A model generated the notes under the pieces. That model made no database searches. It had not been told where the DNA came from and saw only the letters and a list, made by a program, of their open reading frames with translations. A stretch of 63,401 nt of DNA, the filler included, from Hausera hauseri (lineage: Eukaryota), in assembly GCA_046269625.1 (NCBI GenBank). It is 9 parts of 9 records of this genome, joined end to end, with 100 filler letters (N's around TTAATTAATTAA, not from the genome) between each part and the next. Parts side by side here need not be neighbours in the genome. Positions count along the whole stretch, not along the records: positions 1 to 12,524 come from JBJURY010030003.1; 8 more parts are not named here. One strand, given 5' to 3'. Below are positions 1 to 9,293 of the stretch, piece after piece. Numbering within the stretch: position 1 is the stretch's first letter; every line of letters starts with the position of its first letter. A program made the position numbers and the translations under genes.

Positions 1-1080
1 GCATCCTGCCGGTCTCGCAGGGACGTCAATGCACGTTGATTTGGGTTGGGGCAGGGGGTGGTGAAATATCCGGGCTAAGGCATCGGCTGTTGTTTCCGTC
101 AACATCATCAGTCCCATCACGTTACCGGCACCATGAGCATCGGCATCCCACAGCGACTCCTGATAGCTGATTGCTGCCAGCAGCTTCCAGTCCAACCCGG
201 TCACCACACCTGCCTGCTGAAAGTATAGCCGATGCTGCGGCAATTTCTGCTGGACACGCAATACAAAAGTCGGCGCATCCAACGCATGCAGGCGATGTGC
301 ATACCCCCAATATCGCTCATGTATCTGCTGCAAACTGCCATTTTGTTGCGCCTGCTCAATAAACCTTTGTGCATGGCGATAGATTCCATCATCACGAAAG
401 GGGGGGAACCCCCATGCCACAGGCTGCGGTACTCCCACATCAAAAGCCACTGCCAGACCCGGATAGTATTGCTGCTCCAGCGCCACCAGCCGGGAATCTG
501 CAATCGTGGCATTCACCAGGCCTTCAGCAACCTGGGACAGCATATCCAGACTGCTGAATTCGGCATTTTCGATCCACGGCACCGAGGGCATGGCTCGTGC
601 CAGCCGCCGCCTGGTCTCTGGTGTCAGCACACCGGCACCCGCCATAAAAACCGACGAGTCATGACCCCAGTCCACAACACGCTGACGGTCATAGACCACC
701 TGCTGACGCACCTCCTGATATGGCTTACCCCACTGCACCCCGCCCCAGGGCGGCTGTGCCCCCACCACCAGCGCCGCTGCCGCCATATGTGCCTTGCCTG
801 CCAACAAAGTGGGAATCACATCCCGGGGGTGTGCAACCACCAAAAATCTGGCTCTGACCGTATGATGCAGCTGCTGGCTCAGATACGCGGCAAATAACTG
901 AACCGCGTCGTATTCAGGACCGGTCGGCTTGTCTTCACCATTGTAGTAATATGTCAAAGGACCGTTGTATGTGACCACAACCAGCTCACCGTGTGCCTCT
1001 ACCGCCAAAAGCTTCTGCGGCTCATAACGCCAACCCAGCAGCACGATCACGAGCAATAATCCTGAAGTCCAGGCACGCAT
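1..1080 (-). CDS. mltF: Membrane-bound lytic murein transglycosylase MltF, 3' end runs off the window
   Basis: Manual translation (not in the ORF track): MRAWTSGLLLVIVLLG...GELVVVTYNGPLTYYY...GPEYD (substrate-binding domain), then DWKLLAAISYQESLWDADA...GLMMLT (SLT catalytic motif). Confidence 0.9.
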   Translation of the reverse strand, partial: MRAWTSGLLLVIVLLGWRYEPQKLLAVEAHGELVVVTYNGPLTYYYNGEDKPTGPEYDAVQLFAAYLSQQLHHTVRARFLVVAHPRDVIPTLLAGKAHMAAAALVVGAQPPWGGVQWGKPYQEVRQQVVYDRQRVVDWGHDSSVFMAGAGVLTPETRRRLARAMPSVPWIENAEFSSLDMLSQVAEGLVNATIADSRLVALEQQYYPGLAVAFDVGVPQPVAWGFPPFRDDGIYRHAQRFIEQAQQNGSLQQIHERYWGYAHRLHALDAPTFVLRVQQKLPQHRLYFQQAGVVTGLDWKLLAAISYQESLWDADAHGAGNVMGLMMLTETTADALARIFHHPLPQPKSTCIDVPARPAGC

Positions 1081-1192
1081 GGGTCACATGGTTTCACAAA
1101 GCAGCACTTGTTGTCCACCATGTCCACCAGCAGATATGCCCCATCATTTCACTGGTTACCGATGGCCAGAAATGCTAGCATTGGCGGGATAA

Positions 1193-1282
1193 GGAAGAGT
1201 GCCAGAGTGGTCGAATGGGCCGGACTCGAAATCCGGTGTACTGCTTGCAGTACCGTGGGTTCGAATCCCACCTCTTCCGCCA
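1193..1282 (+). tRNA. tRNA-Ser(CGA)
   Basis: Acceptor stem GGAAGAG/CTCTTCC, anticodon arm CCGGA-CT-CGA-AA-TCCGG, long variable arm, GGTTCGAATCC T-loop, encoded CCA end. Confidence 0.97.
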
Positions 1283-1287
1283 AACTC

Positions 1288-1629
1288 TCAGCAATCTAAT
1301 AAGGCCAGGAGTCGACCAAGTGCCTCGTCGATGACTGCTTTTGGAACTCTCTCGATTTTCTTGGCGTTTCTGGCCGAAAGGTCGAGCATGCGAATTTTGT
1401 TTATCAATGCAACACCCTGTGTTCGGCACCCAGCATCCGTTAGGCTCACGGCGAATCCAGCATACCGCGAGAAATCTTCCCCCTGGGTGATCGGTGCCAC
1501 CAGCACATCCCCCAGCCTGTTGAACTCTTTTGTAGTGAGCACGAGCGAGGGCCGGGTGCCCCTTTGCTCTCGGCCAACGATTGGGTCAAGTGGCACGCTG
1601 ACCACATCACCGCGATCGAAACTTGGCAT
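1288..1629 (-). CDS. mazF: Type II TA toxin, PemK/MazF family endoribonuclease
   Basis: MPSFDRGDVVSVPLDPIVGREQRGTRPSLVL...VAPIT motifs. The likely true start ATG at 1629 overlaps the antitoxin stop (TAATG). Confidence 0.9.
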   Translation of the reverse strand: MPSFDRGDVVSVPLDPIVGREQRGTRPSLVLTTKEFNRLGDVLVAPITQGEDFSRYAGFAVSLTDAGCRTQGVALINKIRMLDLSARNAKKIERVPKAVIDEALGRLLALLDC

Positions 1630-1880
1630 TACCAAACCTCTCTCCCAACAGGGTTGGCGGCATCCCACAAAGCGAGGTCACTGGGTGGAGGTGCTTTGGG
1701 ATCGCAGGCCATAATCATTTCGCTGAGCGCGTATTTTCTTTTGCGCGCCAGAACGATCTCACCCTTTCCGGTTGTATTGAGCGCCATAACGTGACCTGCT
1801 GCCAGCCCAAGGTCGTTCAGGACGGCAGGGGGTAAAACTGCAACCGTGCTATTGCCGTATTTGCGCAAAATAATTTCCAT
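1629..1880 (-). CDS. mazE: Type II TA antitoxin, AbrB/MazE family
   Basis: LRKYGNSTVAVLP swapped-hairpin motif, C-terminal ...W...PVGREVW, AGGAG RBS, coupled to the toxin. Confidence 0.9.
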   Translation of the reverse strand: MEIILRKYGNSTVAVLPPAVLNDLGLAAGHVMALNTTGKGEIVLARKRKYALSEMIMACDPKAPPPSDLALWDAANPVGREVW

Positions 1881-2012
1881 CTAATGTCTCCTGTGTGAGG
1901 TACGCGTTAAGTGTACCCGTGGAAGACCCTGACGTAAAGCATTGTTGAACATTTGGACTGGCTCTCGGGTTTGGCTCACCTTCCGGACAGCCAATAAGCC
2001 AAAAGCCCAGGC

Positions 2013-2045
2013 AAAAAAAAACGGCACTGGTAAGTGCCGTTTTTA
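2013..2045 (-). terminator. Rho-independent terminator of the porin gene, probably bidirectional
   Basis: A-run, ACGGCACT-GGTA-AGTGCCGT stem, T-run; 28 nt past the porin stop. Confidence 0.85.
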
Positions 2046-2072
2046 TGTTGGTCTTGCTAAGACAGGTAAATC

Positions 2073-3386
2073 TTAGAAGAACAGTATGCCACCAAAACTG
2101 ACAATGGAGGACTTGTTCCGAGCACCCGCCTGATTCTTGGACTTGACATCAGAATACTCAGCCACCAGGTTCAGGTTGGAAGTGAGCGGATGGTAAGCCC
2201 CGATCGTCCACATTTCATTTTCCTTGACCAGTTCCTTGATAGTGGGATCAATGGCAGCGTTAGCTGTGTCGTTGCTGTTTGCATCCAGATTGGAGATACC
2301 CCAGCTTGCTGCAATTTTGGTGCCTGCACCCGGAATCTTGTAGGAACCCTGAACATAACCACCATTGCTGTCACGCTTTGTACCATTCAGGCTAAACCCA
2401 TCAGCCAACAACGCCGTGGTACCTACCCCTTCACCATCATAGTAATAGCCCACCACTTCAAAGCCACTCATGGCTGCCTTGCCACCCACAGCATAAGCCG
2501 TGGCCGTCTGAGAACCGGTTCCAGCGGGCGTTCTATTAGCGGGAGTAGCAGCAACGGCAGTGAATTTGCTTATCCCATCCACCTTCTGCGTCCAGAACTC
2601 AGCCCAGACCTTACCGGAAACATCACCCGTCCAGGAGTAGCTCGCTTTACCTTCAAACGCAGGCGACTTGTTGGCACCGCTGGAAGCGGCACTCCGGCCA
2701 CCACCGACGCCACCACTGGCAACAGCGCTAGGGCTACCACCCAGATTTACGGTATTCCAGGGCTGGGCAATCCCGGCCGTGAACTGGAAGCCATTCCAGT
2801 TGGGCGAGGTGTAGTTGATCTGGCCTTTAAAGTCGGCATACAGAAAACCAGCACCAATACGACCCAGCGTTGTGGTCGTGCCACCAGCCGCGCCGACAAT
2901 GCCTTGCGAACCCACACCCAACAGGGTTTGGTCATTCAGAATGGCATCGGAGGCAAACACGCCCAAATCCTTACCAATCTTGACCGTACCCCAGCTTGCA
3001 TCACCAAACGTCAGATTGGCTTGGCGCAGTTCAGCACCCCCACCACCTTGCAGAGAAGTTCTTGATGAAGCACCTTGTTGCACACTGAAGGTCCAACTGA
3101 TGTCCAGGTCATTCTCACGCTTTTTGCCGGTAACACCAAACCAGGAAGGCAACAAACCCGTGTTGATGCTGCTGGCCTTGCCGTTGGCCGAGGCAGACTT
3201 CGCGTTGGCTAAGCCACCGGCAACGGTGCTGGTACCTTTGTTGTTGGAATAAATGTAGAAAGCATTCACATTACCGTTGATGTCCAGCGTCCAGTCACCA
3301 GCGGGAATCACAATACCAGCACTAGCAGTGTTCGCGCCCAGCGCCAGCATTGCTGCAGAAATAGCCATGCTTAGTTTTTTGTTCAT
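2073..3386 (-). CDS. Outer-membrane porin
   Basis: Signal peptide (..ANTASA), alternating beta-strand pattern, C-terminal Phe (GGILFF). Confidence 0.9.
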   Translation of the reverse strand: MNKKLSMAISAAMLALGANTASAGIVIPAGDWTLDINGNVNAFYIYSNNKGTSTVAGGLANAKSASANGKASSINTGLLPSWFGVTGKKRENDLDISWTFSVQQGASSRTSLQGGGGAELRQANLTFGDASWGTVKIGKDLGVFASDAILNDQTLLGVGSQGIVGAAGGTTTTLGRIGAGFLYADFKGQINYTSPNWNGFQFTAGIAQPWNTVNLGGSPSAVASGGVGGGRSAASSGANKSPAFEGKASYSWTGDVSGKVWAEFWTQKVDGISKFTAVAATPANRTPAGTGSQTATAYAVGGKAAMSGFEVVGYYYDGEGVGTTALLADGFSLNGTKRDSNGGYVQGSYKIPGAGTKIAASWGISNLDANSNDTANAAIDPTIKELVKENEMWTIGAYHPLTSNLNLVAEYSDVKSKNQAGARNKSSIVSFGGILFF

Positions 3387-3614
3387 AGATCAATCTCCAT
3401 AATATTTTGATTTTAGTGCGGGGTCAGCTCACCCCTGTTAGCTCTTAAATTTTGCAGTGTTGGTTGTTAGACAACACTGCTACTCAATAAGAAAGTTCGC
3501 GAACTCTCTAATCAAACCAACTGATGAGAGTTAGTACATGTTACTGGCTAATAACAACCTTTAGCAAGTAGAAATCACGCGCAGCCACAAGATATGGTAT
3601 TTCCTGGCGCAGGG

Positions 3615-3634
3615 GTGTTGTATTTTTACAACAC
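3615..3634. promoter_or_regulatory. Palindromic putative operator upstream of the porin
   Basis: Perfect inverted repeat GTGTTGTA-N4-TACAACAC in the intergenic region. A second hairpin GCAGTGTTG/CAACACTGC lies at 3454-3480. Confidence 0.5.
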
Positions 3635-3662
3635 TTTTGAACAGTTCGTGTGGCTGCCCGGA

Positions 3663-5594
3663 TTAACTCAAGAAAAAATCCTTTACCTCCTGCAACGCTG
3701 TGCTGTGCCGCATAGCGGGCAAACTGTGCAAGATGGATTTACCGTACCCCTTCCCCAACAATCTCGGGTCGCAGATCATCAACACCCCCCGATCCGTCGT
3801 ATCCCGAATCAGGCGACCGACCCCCTGCTTGAGCACGATGGTGGCGTACGGGAGTTGATAATCCACAAAGGCATTCAGGCCTTCTGCCGTCATCTTGGCA
3901 ATGCGTGCGGCCAGCACCGGGTCATCCGGCGCTGCAAACGGCAATTTGTCTATAATCACCAGCGCCAGTGCATTACCCCTTACATCAACGCCTTCCCAAA
4001 AGCTGATGGAGGCCACCAATATCGCATTGCCCTGCTGACGGAACTGCTCCAGTAACTGATGTTGCGGAAGATCACCCTGACGCAATAACGGATACCTGAC
4101 CGAATGACTGTACAAATAGTCTGCCAGCAAGCGATGTATCACCTCCACCGCACGCAAACTGGTACACAACACAAAAGCCCTGCCCCGGCTGGCCTGGATA
4201 ACAGGCCAGATGCTCCGTGCAACGGCTTCTTGATAGTCGGCGCTATTGGGTTGCGGCATGCCGGGTGGCATAAACAGCATGGCCTGTTGCGCGTAATCAA
4301 AAGGACTATCCCAACGTGCCGTTTTCGCTTCCAGTAAACCCATTTGCTTCAGATAATGGCTAAAATCATCGCCCACCGCTAAAGTGGCTGAAGTGAATAT
4401 CCAGCTGCGCGGACGATCGCGCATTTGTTTGCCAAACATTTCCGCTACCGAAAGTGGCGTGGCATGCAACTGCACAGACTGCGGGGAAACCTCCAGCCAA
4501 TACACAAAGTCCGGATTGGGCTGTTCCAGCCATTGCGTAAACCGGGTATATATCTGCACCGCACGCAACCAGCAATGGTTCAATTCTGCGGTTCGCCCGG
4601 CCTGCGTCTCCAGCACGGTAATCAGGTTCATCAACTGATTGCATACCGCCGCATAATGTGGCTGGAAGGCGGCATGCTTTCCGGCGCCATGCGCTGACAT
4701 GCGCGCAGTTCCCAACCCGAATACCAAGCGAAAATCCCGCAGCAACTTTTCCAGTGATAAACAATGCGCCTGTAGTGACACACAATCTTTGGCCCCCGCC
4801 AAATATGCCGCACGGGTATCGCGCACCAGCTCAAGCAGCTGATAGGTAGAAACACTTTCGCCAAAAAACAGTCCGGCAATTTCTGGCAACTGGTGCGCCT
4901 CGTCAAAAATCACGGTATTGGCGGCAGGTAATAATTCGGCAACACCTTCATCTCTCAACATCACATCCGCAAAAAACAAATGGTGATTTACCACCACCAC
5001 ATCGGCTCGCAGTGCCTTTTTGCGTGCCTCCATGACAAAACACTGTTTGTAATACGCACATTCATTACCCAGGCAATTGTCCCGGGTAGAAGTCACTTTA
5101 GCCCAAATGCTCGCATTCACGGGCACCTCGGGCAGCTCGTTTTTGTCACCGCTTTCGCTATGTTCCCCAAAACGCCGGATCACCTGTATCTGCGCGGCCT
5201 CCTCACGACTGGCGAAACGCCCGTCTTGCACCGCACGTTGCAAGTGATGATGACAAAGATAATTGGCTCGCCCCTTCAACATAGCCACACCCACCGGCAC
5301 ACGCAATGCAGCACGCACCGTTGGCAGATCGCGGTTGTATAACTGATCCTGCAAGGTTTTGGTGCCCGTTGAGATAATGACTTTTCCGCCACACAGCAAA
5401 GCCGGTGCAAGATAGGCAAATGTTTTACCCGTACCCGTACCCGCCTCAACCACCAAAATGTCGTTGCGCTCTATGGTCTGAGCAATGGCCTGTGCCATTT
5501 CCACCTGTTGTGGACGGGTACGATAATGGTCAACCTGCGCTGCCAGCAGCCCGTCATGGGCAAAAAAATCACGAAGGTGGCTAATAACGCTCAT
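3663..5594 (-). CDS. yoaA: ATP-dependent DNA helicase, YoaA/DinG family
   Basis: EAGTGTGKT (Walker A), KGRANYLC Fe-S region, DEAH box, FWEGVDV, KQGVGRLIR. Confidence 0.93.
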   Translation of the reverse strand: MSVISHLRDFFAHDGLLAAQVDHYRTRPQQVEMAQAIAQTIERNDILVVEAGTGTGKTFAYLAPALLCGGKVIISTGTKTLQDQLYNRDLPTVRAALRVPVGVAMLKGRANYLCHHHLQRAVQDGRFASREEAAQIQVIRRFGEHSESGDKNELPEVPVNASIWAKVTSTRDNCLGNECAYYKQCFVMEARKKALRADVVVVNHHLFFADVMLRDEGVAELLPAANTVIFDEAHQLPEIAGLFFGESVSTYQLLELVRDTRAAYLAGAKDCVSLQAHCLSLEKLLRDFRLVFGLGTARMSAHGAGKHAAFQPHYAAVCNQLMNLITVLETQAGRTAELNHCWLRAVQIYTRFTQWLEQPNPDFVYWLEVSPQSVQLHATPLSVAEMFGKQMRDRPRSWIFTSATLAVGDDFSHYLKQMGLLEAKTARWDSPFDYAQQAMLFMPPGMPQPNSADYQEAVARSIWPVIQASRGRAFVLCTSLRAVEVIHRLLADYLYSHSVRYPLLRQGDLPQHQLLEQFRQQGNAILVASISFWEGVDVRGNALALVIIDKLPFAAPDDPVLAARIAKMTAEGLNAFVDYQLPYATIVLKQGVGRLIRDTTDRGVLMICDPRLLGKGYGKSILHSLPAMRHSTALQEVKDFFLS

Positions 5595-5680
5595 CAGGTG
5601 TAACCGGTATCGAAACTTGCAGCAGAAACTCCCCTGTACCCAACACCCCCCACAGAACGGACAGGGTATGGTTACCGCAT

Positions 5681-6262
5681 TTATTCACCTGGCTTGCTTT
5701 TTGCCATCTGCTCCAACCAGGCTTTCTGCATACTTTCAAATTGCGCCTGCATATTTTGCGCGGAAGGTGGAGAGCCGCTCGGCATCATACCGGGTGGTGG
5801 AAAAAACAGCTGGTTATACATACCCATGGGGTTCATCCAGTTCAAAAATGGCGCCATGCCCACCGGGCTGGACGCTGCCGGATCCACCGTGCCGCTGTTC
5901 GCTTGCAGTGTTGCGGCATCCGCATTGGAGACCCCTGCATTTTGCATAGGGTTGGCCAAATGCATCCAGGATAAAAAACTTTCCAGATAGTGGCTGACTG
6001 CCACACTAAATGGACTTTCATACAGCATAATCAGGCTGGTCAACGCCTGTGCCGTCACGACCTTGTGCTTGGATTCAGTGTCCTGTTTGTTGATAATCTG
6101 CAGCAGGATGCCGTTGGTGATGTCTTCCTGGGTTTTAACATCAATCACTTCAACGGCTATCAGGTTGAGTATGTCTTTCTTGATGTCATCCAGATTGACA
6201 TACTCTTTTTTCTCAACGTCGTAGAGTCTTCTGTTGGGGTATTTGCGAAATATTTTTTTCAT
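5681..6262 (-). CDS. phaR: PHA synthesis regulator PhaR
   Basis: N-terminal KYPNRRLYD...YVNL...D..T..DIT...LLQII DNA-binding motif; last gene of the pha cluster. Start MKKIF at 6262 is inferred. Confidence 0.85.
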   Translation of the reverse strand: MKKIFRKYPNRRLYDVEKKEYVNLDDIKKDILNLIAVEVIDVKTQEDITNGILLQIINKQDTESKHKVVTAQALTSLIMLYESPFSVAVSHYLESFLSWMHLANPMQNAGVSNADAATLQANSGTVDPAASSPVGMAPFLNWMNPMGMYNQLFFPPPGMMPSGSPPSAQNMQAQFESMQKAWLEQMAKSKPGE

Positions 6263-6302
6263 GGGAAATGTTTCATAAACGCCCCAACAGTTTATCTGCA
6301 AA

Positions 6303-7352
6303 CTAACCTTTTAACCAAGCCAATATTTTACCGGGAACCTCCTGCGCCTTGCCAGAAACATACATACCGATGTGGCCGGTACCAATTTCCATTTCACTGT
6401 ACTCGCGAGAACCCACCAGCTTACCCAATGCCCGGGAAGCTTCTGGCGGAACCAGATGGTCATAGGCACCATATACGTTCAACACCGGCATGGTAATGTT
6501 TTTGAGATCCACACGCCGTCCGCCGAGTTCCAGCGTGCCATTGACCAACTGGTTTTGCTGGTAAAACTTTTGTACGAATTCGCAGTAGGCTGCACCCGCT
6601 TGATCTGGTGAATCATTGATCCAGCTTTCCATATTCAAAAAGAAGCTGGCAAAGCGTGTATCTGACAGGCTGTCCACCGAATCGATCCACTTCTTCAGGT
6701 TCAGCGAAATCGGCTGCAACATGTTGAAGTTGGTGTTCAGGCTTTGACCAGAAATATTCCCGTAAGCTTTCACATACTTTGCAATATCCACATTTTGAAT
6801 CATGTGACTCAGGATGTCTTTTTCGGTCTTGAAGTTGATCGGGGTCACCATAGTGATCAAGCGGTTGATTTTTTCGGGATGTAACGCAGAATAAATCACC
6901 GAAAACGCACCACCCTGGCAAATACCCAACAAATTCAGCCGATCAATACCATGCTTCTTGAGTATGGCATCCACACAGAAATCCAGATAGAAATTGATGT
7001 AGTCATCCAGATCGGTATAACGATCTGCCGGGGTTGGATAGCCCCAATCCACAACATAGACCTCGGCTCCGCCTTCCAGCAGTTTTTGTACCAGAGATTT
7101 GCCTTCTTGCAAATCGGCAATGGTGAAACGGTTCACCAAAGCGTAACTGATCAAAATCGGCGTCTTGTGTACCGGCTTTACCCCGCTCTTGAACTTGAGC
7201 AGCTTCACCTGATCCACTTGCGCCACTACCTCAGTGGGCGTGACCCCAGGAGAAGCGGCCTTGAGATTTCTCAGATTTTCCAGAGACTGATAATACTTGC
7301 TCATCCAGTCCTGCACTCTCTGAGCATTCTTGAACATTTCTTGTGCAATCAT
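6303..7352 (-). CDS. phaC: Class III PHA synthase catalytic subunit PhaC
   Basis: About 350 aa, with YALVNR, LGICQGG lipase box (Cys), DHLVPP (Asp) and GHIG (His). Size and motifs match class III. Confidence 0.93.
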   Translation of the reverse strand: MIAQEMFKNAQRVQDWMSKYYQSLENLRNLKAASPGVTPTEVVAQVDQVKLLKFKSGVKPVHKTPILISYALVNRFTIADLQEGKSLVQKLLEGGAEVYVVDWGYPTPADRYTDLDDYINFYLDFCVDAILKKHGIDRLNLLGICQGGAFSVIYSALHPEKINRLITMVTPINFKTEKDILSHMIQNVDIAKYVKAYGNISGQSLNTNFNMLQPISLNLKKWIDSVDSLSDTRFASFFLNMESWINDSPDQAGAAYCEFVQKFYQQNQLVNGTLELGGRRVDLKNITMPVLNVYGAYDHLVPPEASRALGKLVGSREYSEMEIGTGHIGMYVSGKAQEVPGKILAWLKG

Positions 7353-7372
7353 CGGAGTTCCTTTCACCTACC

Positions 7373-8512
7373 TTAAGAAGATTTCGGTGTTCTGCGCGTT
7401 TTTGCTGCCGGGGCAGCTTCACTGGCATGCAGTTTTTGGGTGAGCGTAGCGATTTCCTGCCCCATGCTGTTCATGCTCTCGTCCAGCTTTTCAATATACG
7501 CATTGCTGGTTTTCAGCTCTTGTTGCAGGTCTTTTATCACGGAACCCAGCGACTGGATCGCATGCAACTCGGCTTGCAACTGATCCACCTTCTTATTCAG
7601 ATTGGCCTCACTGTCACTCACCTGATTACGCACTGCCTGCTCTACCTGGCTTTCTACCGTCTGTTGCAGCTTGTCCAGCCCCAGGCTCTGCGTTTGCAGT
7701 TCACGCAAACCTTTGTACACTTTCTGAAGTTTGGCGTGTACTGAATCCATTTCCCGGTTGGAGGGCAAGCCAAATCGCTCGACATTCCGGTCTATGATCT
7801 TTTGCAGAAAAGCCTTCACTTCTGCCATCTTCTGCACCACCAGGGCAAAACTGGCCTGGGTAGACTCGCCAAACGTGAATTCCCGGTAATACTCTTCAAA
7901 TATGCCGGACCAGATATTGAACAGCTCTGACATGTCCGACACGGTTATGTCATTACGCATGACCTTATCGATAAACCGCACCGATATTTTTTTGTCCATG
8001 CCCTCGAACGTTCTGATGTAATCAATAAAGTGTGCGAATAACTGATTCAGACTGATCATGTAGTCGCGCAATTCAACCGTTGCTTCATTCTGAAAATGTG
8101 AAAATTCGTTCTTTTCCAGAAACATCGCCACGGCATCTCTCTGCCAGGTCAACATATCAATATTTTTCAGAAACATAAAGTTGGCTCGATCACACCAAAA
8201 ATCTGAGATGTTTTTCAGAATTTCTCGCTGCTTTTCTGTGTCATTTTCAAAAACCGCCGCCTTGAGGTCGGCATAAAACGGATGCAGACCTATATCTTCC
8301 AACCGAACATTCGCCAGACTGAAGCTCTGAAAATTCTTGATCATGGCAAAAATATCCGTTGGGTTGGCAAACTGGTGAAACTGGCCAACAGGATTCATGA
8401 ACGACCCCATACTCATAAACGACCCAGGGTTAAAAACACCCAGATTACCCAAAGTGTTCTGGTACGAATCTTTCCAGTAATTCATCCAGTCGGTATAACT
8501 ACTTAACATCAT
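7373..8512 (-). CDS. phaE: Class III PHA synthase subunit PhaE
   Basis: Directly upstream of phaC; PhaE box GLPSNREMDSVH; C-terminal coiled coil; RBS before MMLSS at 8512. Confidence 0.8.
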   Translation of the reverse strand: MMLSSYTDWMNYWKDSYQNTLGNLGVFNPGSFMSMGSFMNPVGQFHQFANPTDIFAMIKNFQSFSLANVRLEDIGLHPFYADLKAAVFENDTEKQREILKNISDFWCDRANFMFLKNIDMLTWQRDAVAMFLEKNEFSHFQNEATVELRDYMISLNQLFAHFIDYIRTFEGMDKKISVRFIDKVMRNDITVSDMSELFNIWSGIFEEYYREFTFGESTQASFALVVQKMAEVKAFLQKIIDRNVERFGLPSNREMDSVHAKLQKVYKGLRELQTQSLGLDKLQQTVESQVEQAVRNQVSDSEANLNKKVDQLQAELHAIQSLGSVIKDLQQELKTSNAYIEKLDESMNSMGQEIATLTQKLHASEAAPAAKTRRTPKSS

Positions 8513-8544
8513 CTGTTCCCCCTTATGATAGTTTCTGCCTCTGG

Positions 8545-9270
8545 CTAGAAACTGGTAAATTGCACACCGTTGATCGGAATATTCGCGCCACTGATGAACT
8601 GTGCATCTTCCGAGCACAGATACGCCACAGCAGCGGCAATCTCTTCAGGCTTGGCAAGCCGCCCCATCGGAATCTGCGAGACAATGGAGTCCAGAATGTC
8701 AGACCTGATCGCGGTCACCATGGGCGTCGCCGTGTATCCGGGTGAAATAGTGTTCACCGTGACACCGGCACGTGCGGCCTCTTGAGCCAACGCCATGGTG
8801 AAACCGTGTAAACCGGCCTTGGAAGCACTGTAATTGGTTTGACCAAACTGGCCTTTCTGACCATTGACTGAGGCAATATTGATGATACGTCCCCATTTCT
8901 GGTCCAGCATGCCATTGATAAACTGCCGGGTGACGTTAAAAACACTGTTCAGATTGATATTGATCACCGTACTCCACTGTTCTAACGTCATTTTTTTAAG
9001 CTGGCAATCCCGCGTGACCCCGGCATTGTTGACCAGAACACTGATCACACCGTACTGCTCCTGAATCCGGGCAGCCAATGCCTCACAAGAGGCATAATCA
9101 GATACATCCACCGTTTCAACGACAATTCCCTGGTTCTGCGGGTCTTTGCTCCAGTTTGCGTCATGCTCTATGGCAGCTGCAATCACCTGAAAGCCTGCCT
9201 CTTTCAATCGCCGGGCGATTGGAGAGCCAATACCACCTGTTCCACCTGTTACCAATGCTACTCGTGCCAT
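8545..9270 (-). CDS. phaB: Acetoacetyl-CoA reductase
   Basis: VALVTGGTGGIG, NNAGVTRD, GQFGQTNYSASKAG; AAGGAG RBS before the ATG at 9270. Confidence 0.95.
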   Translation of the reverse strand: MARVALVTGGTGGIGSPIARRLKEAGFQVIAAAIEHDANWSKDPQNQGIVVETVDVSDYASCEALAARIQEQYGVISVLVNNAGVTRDCQLKKMTLEQWSTVININLNSVFNVTRQFINGMLDQKWGRIINIASVNGQKGQFGQTNYSASKAGLHGFTMALAQEAARAGVTVNTISPGYTATPMVTAIRSDILDSIVSQIPMGRLAKPEEIAAAVAYLCSEDAQFISGANIPINGVQFTSF

Positions 9271-9293
9271 GTTCAATCTCCTTGTAATATCTG

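Noticed and set aside
232-897. 221-aa plus-strand ORF and other ORFs in 122-1180
   Set aside because: Shadow ORFs antisense to or overlapping mltF, which the track missed because it runs off the window.
1967-1986. GGGTTTGGCTCACCTTCCG as an att-like copy of the tRNA 3' end
   Set aside because: Match too degenerate, and no integrase nearby.
2190-3252. 291-aa and 145-aa plus-strand ORFs
   Set aside because: Antisense shadows of the porin gene.
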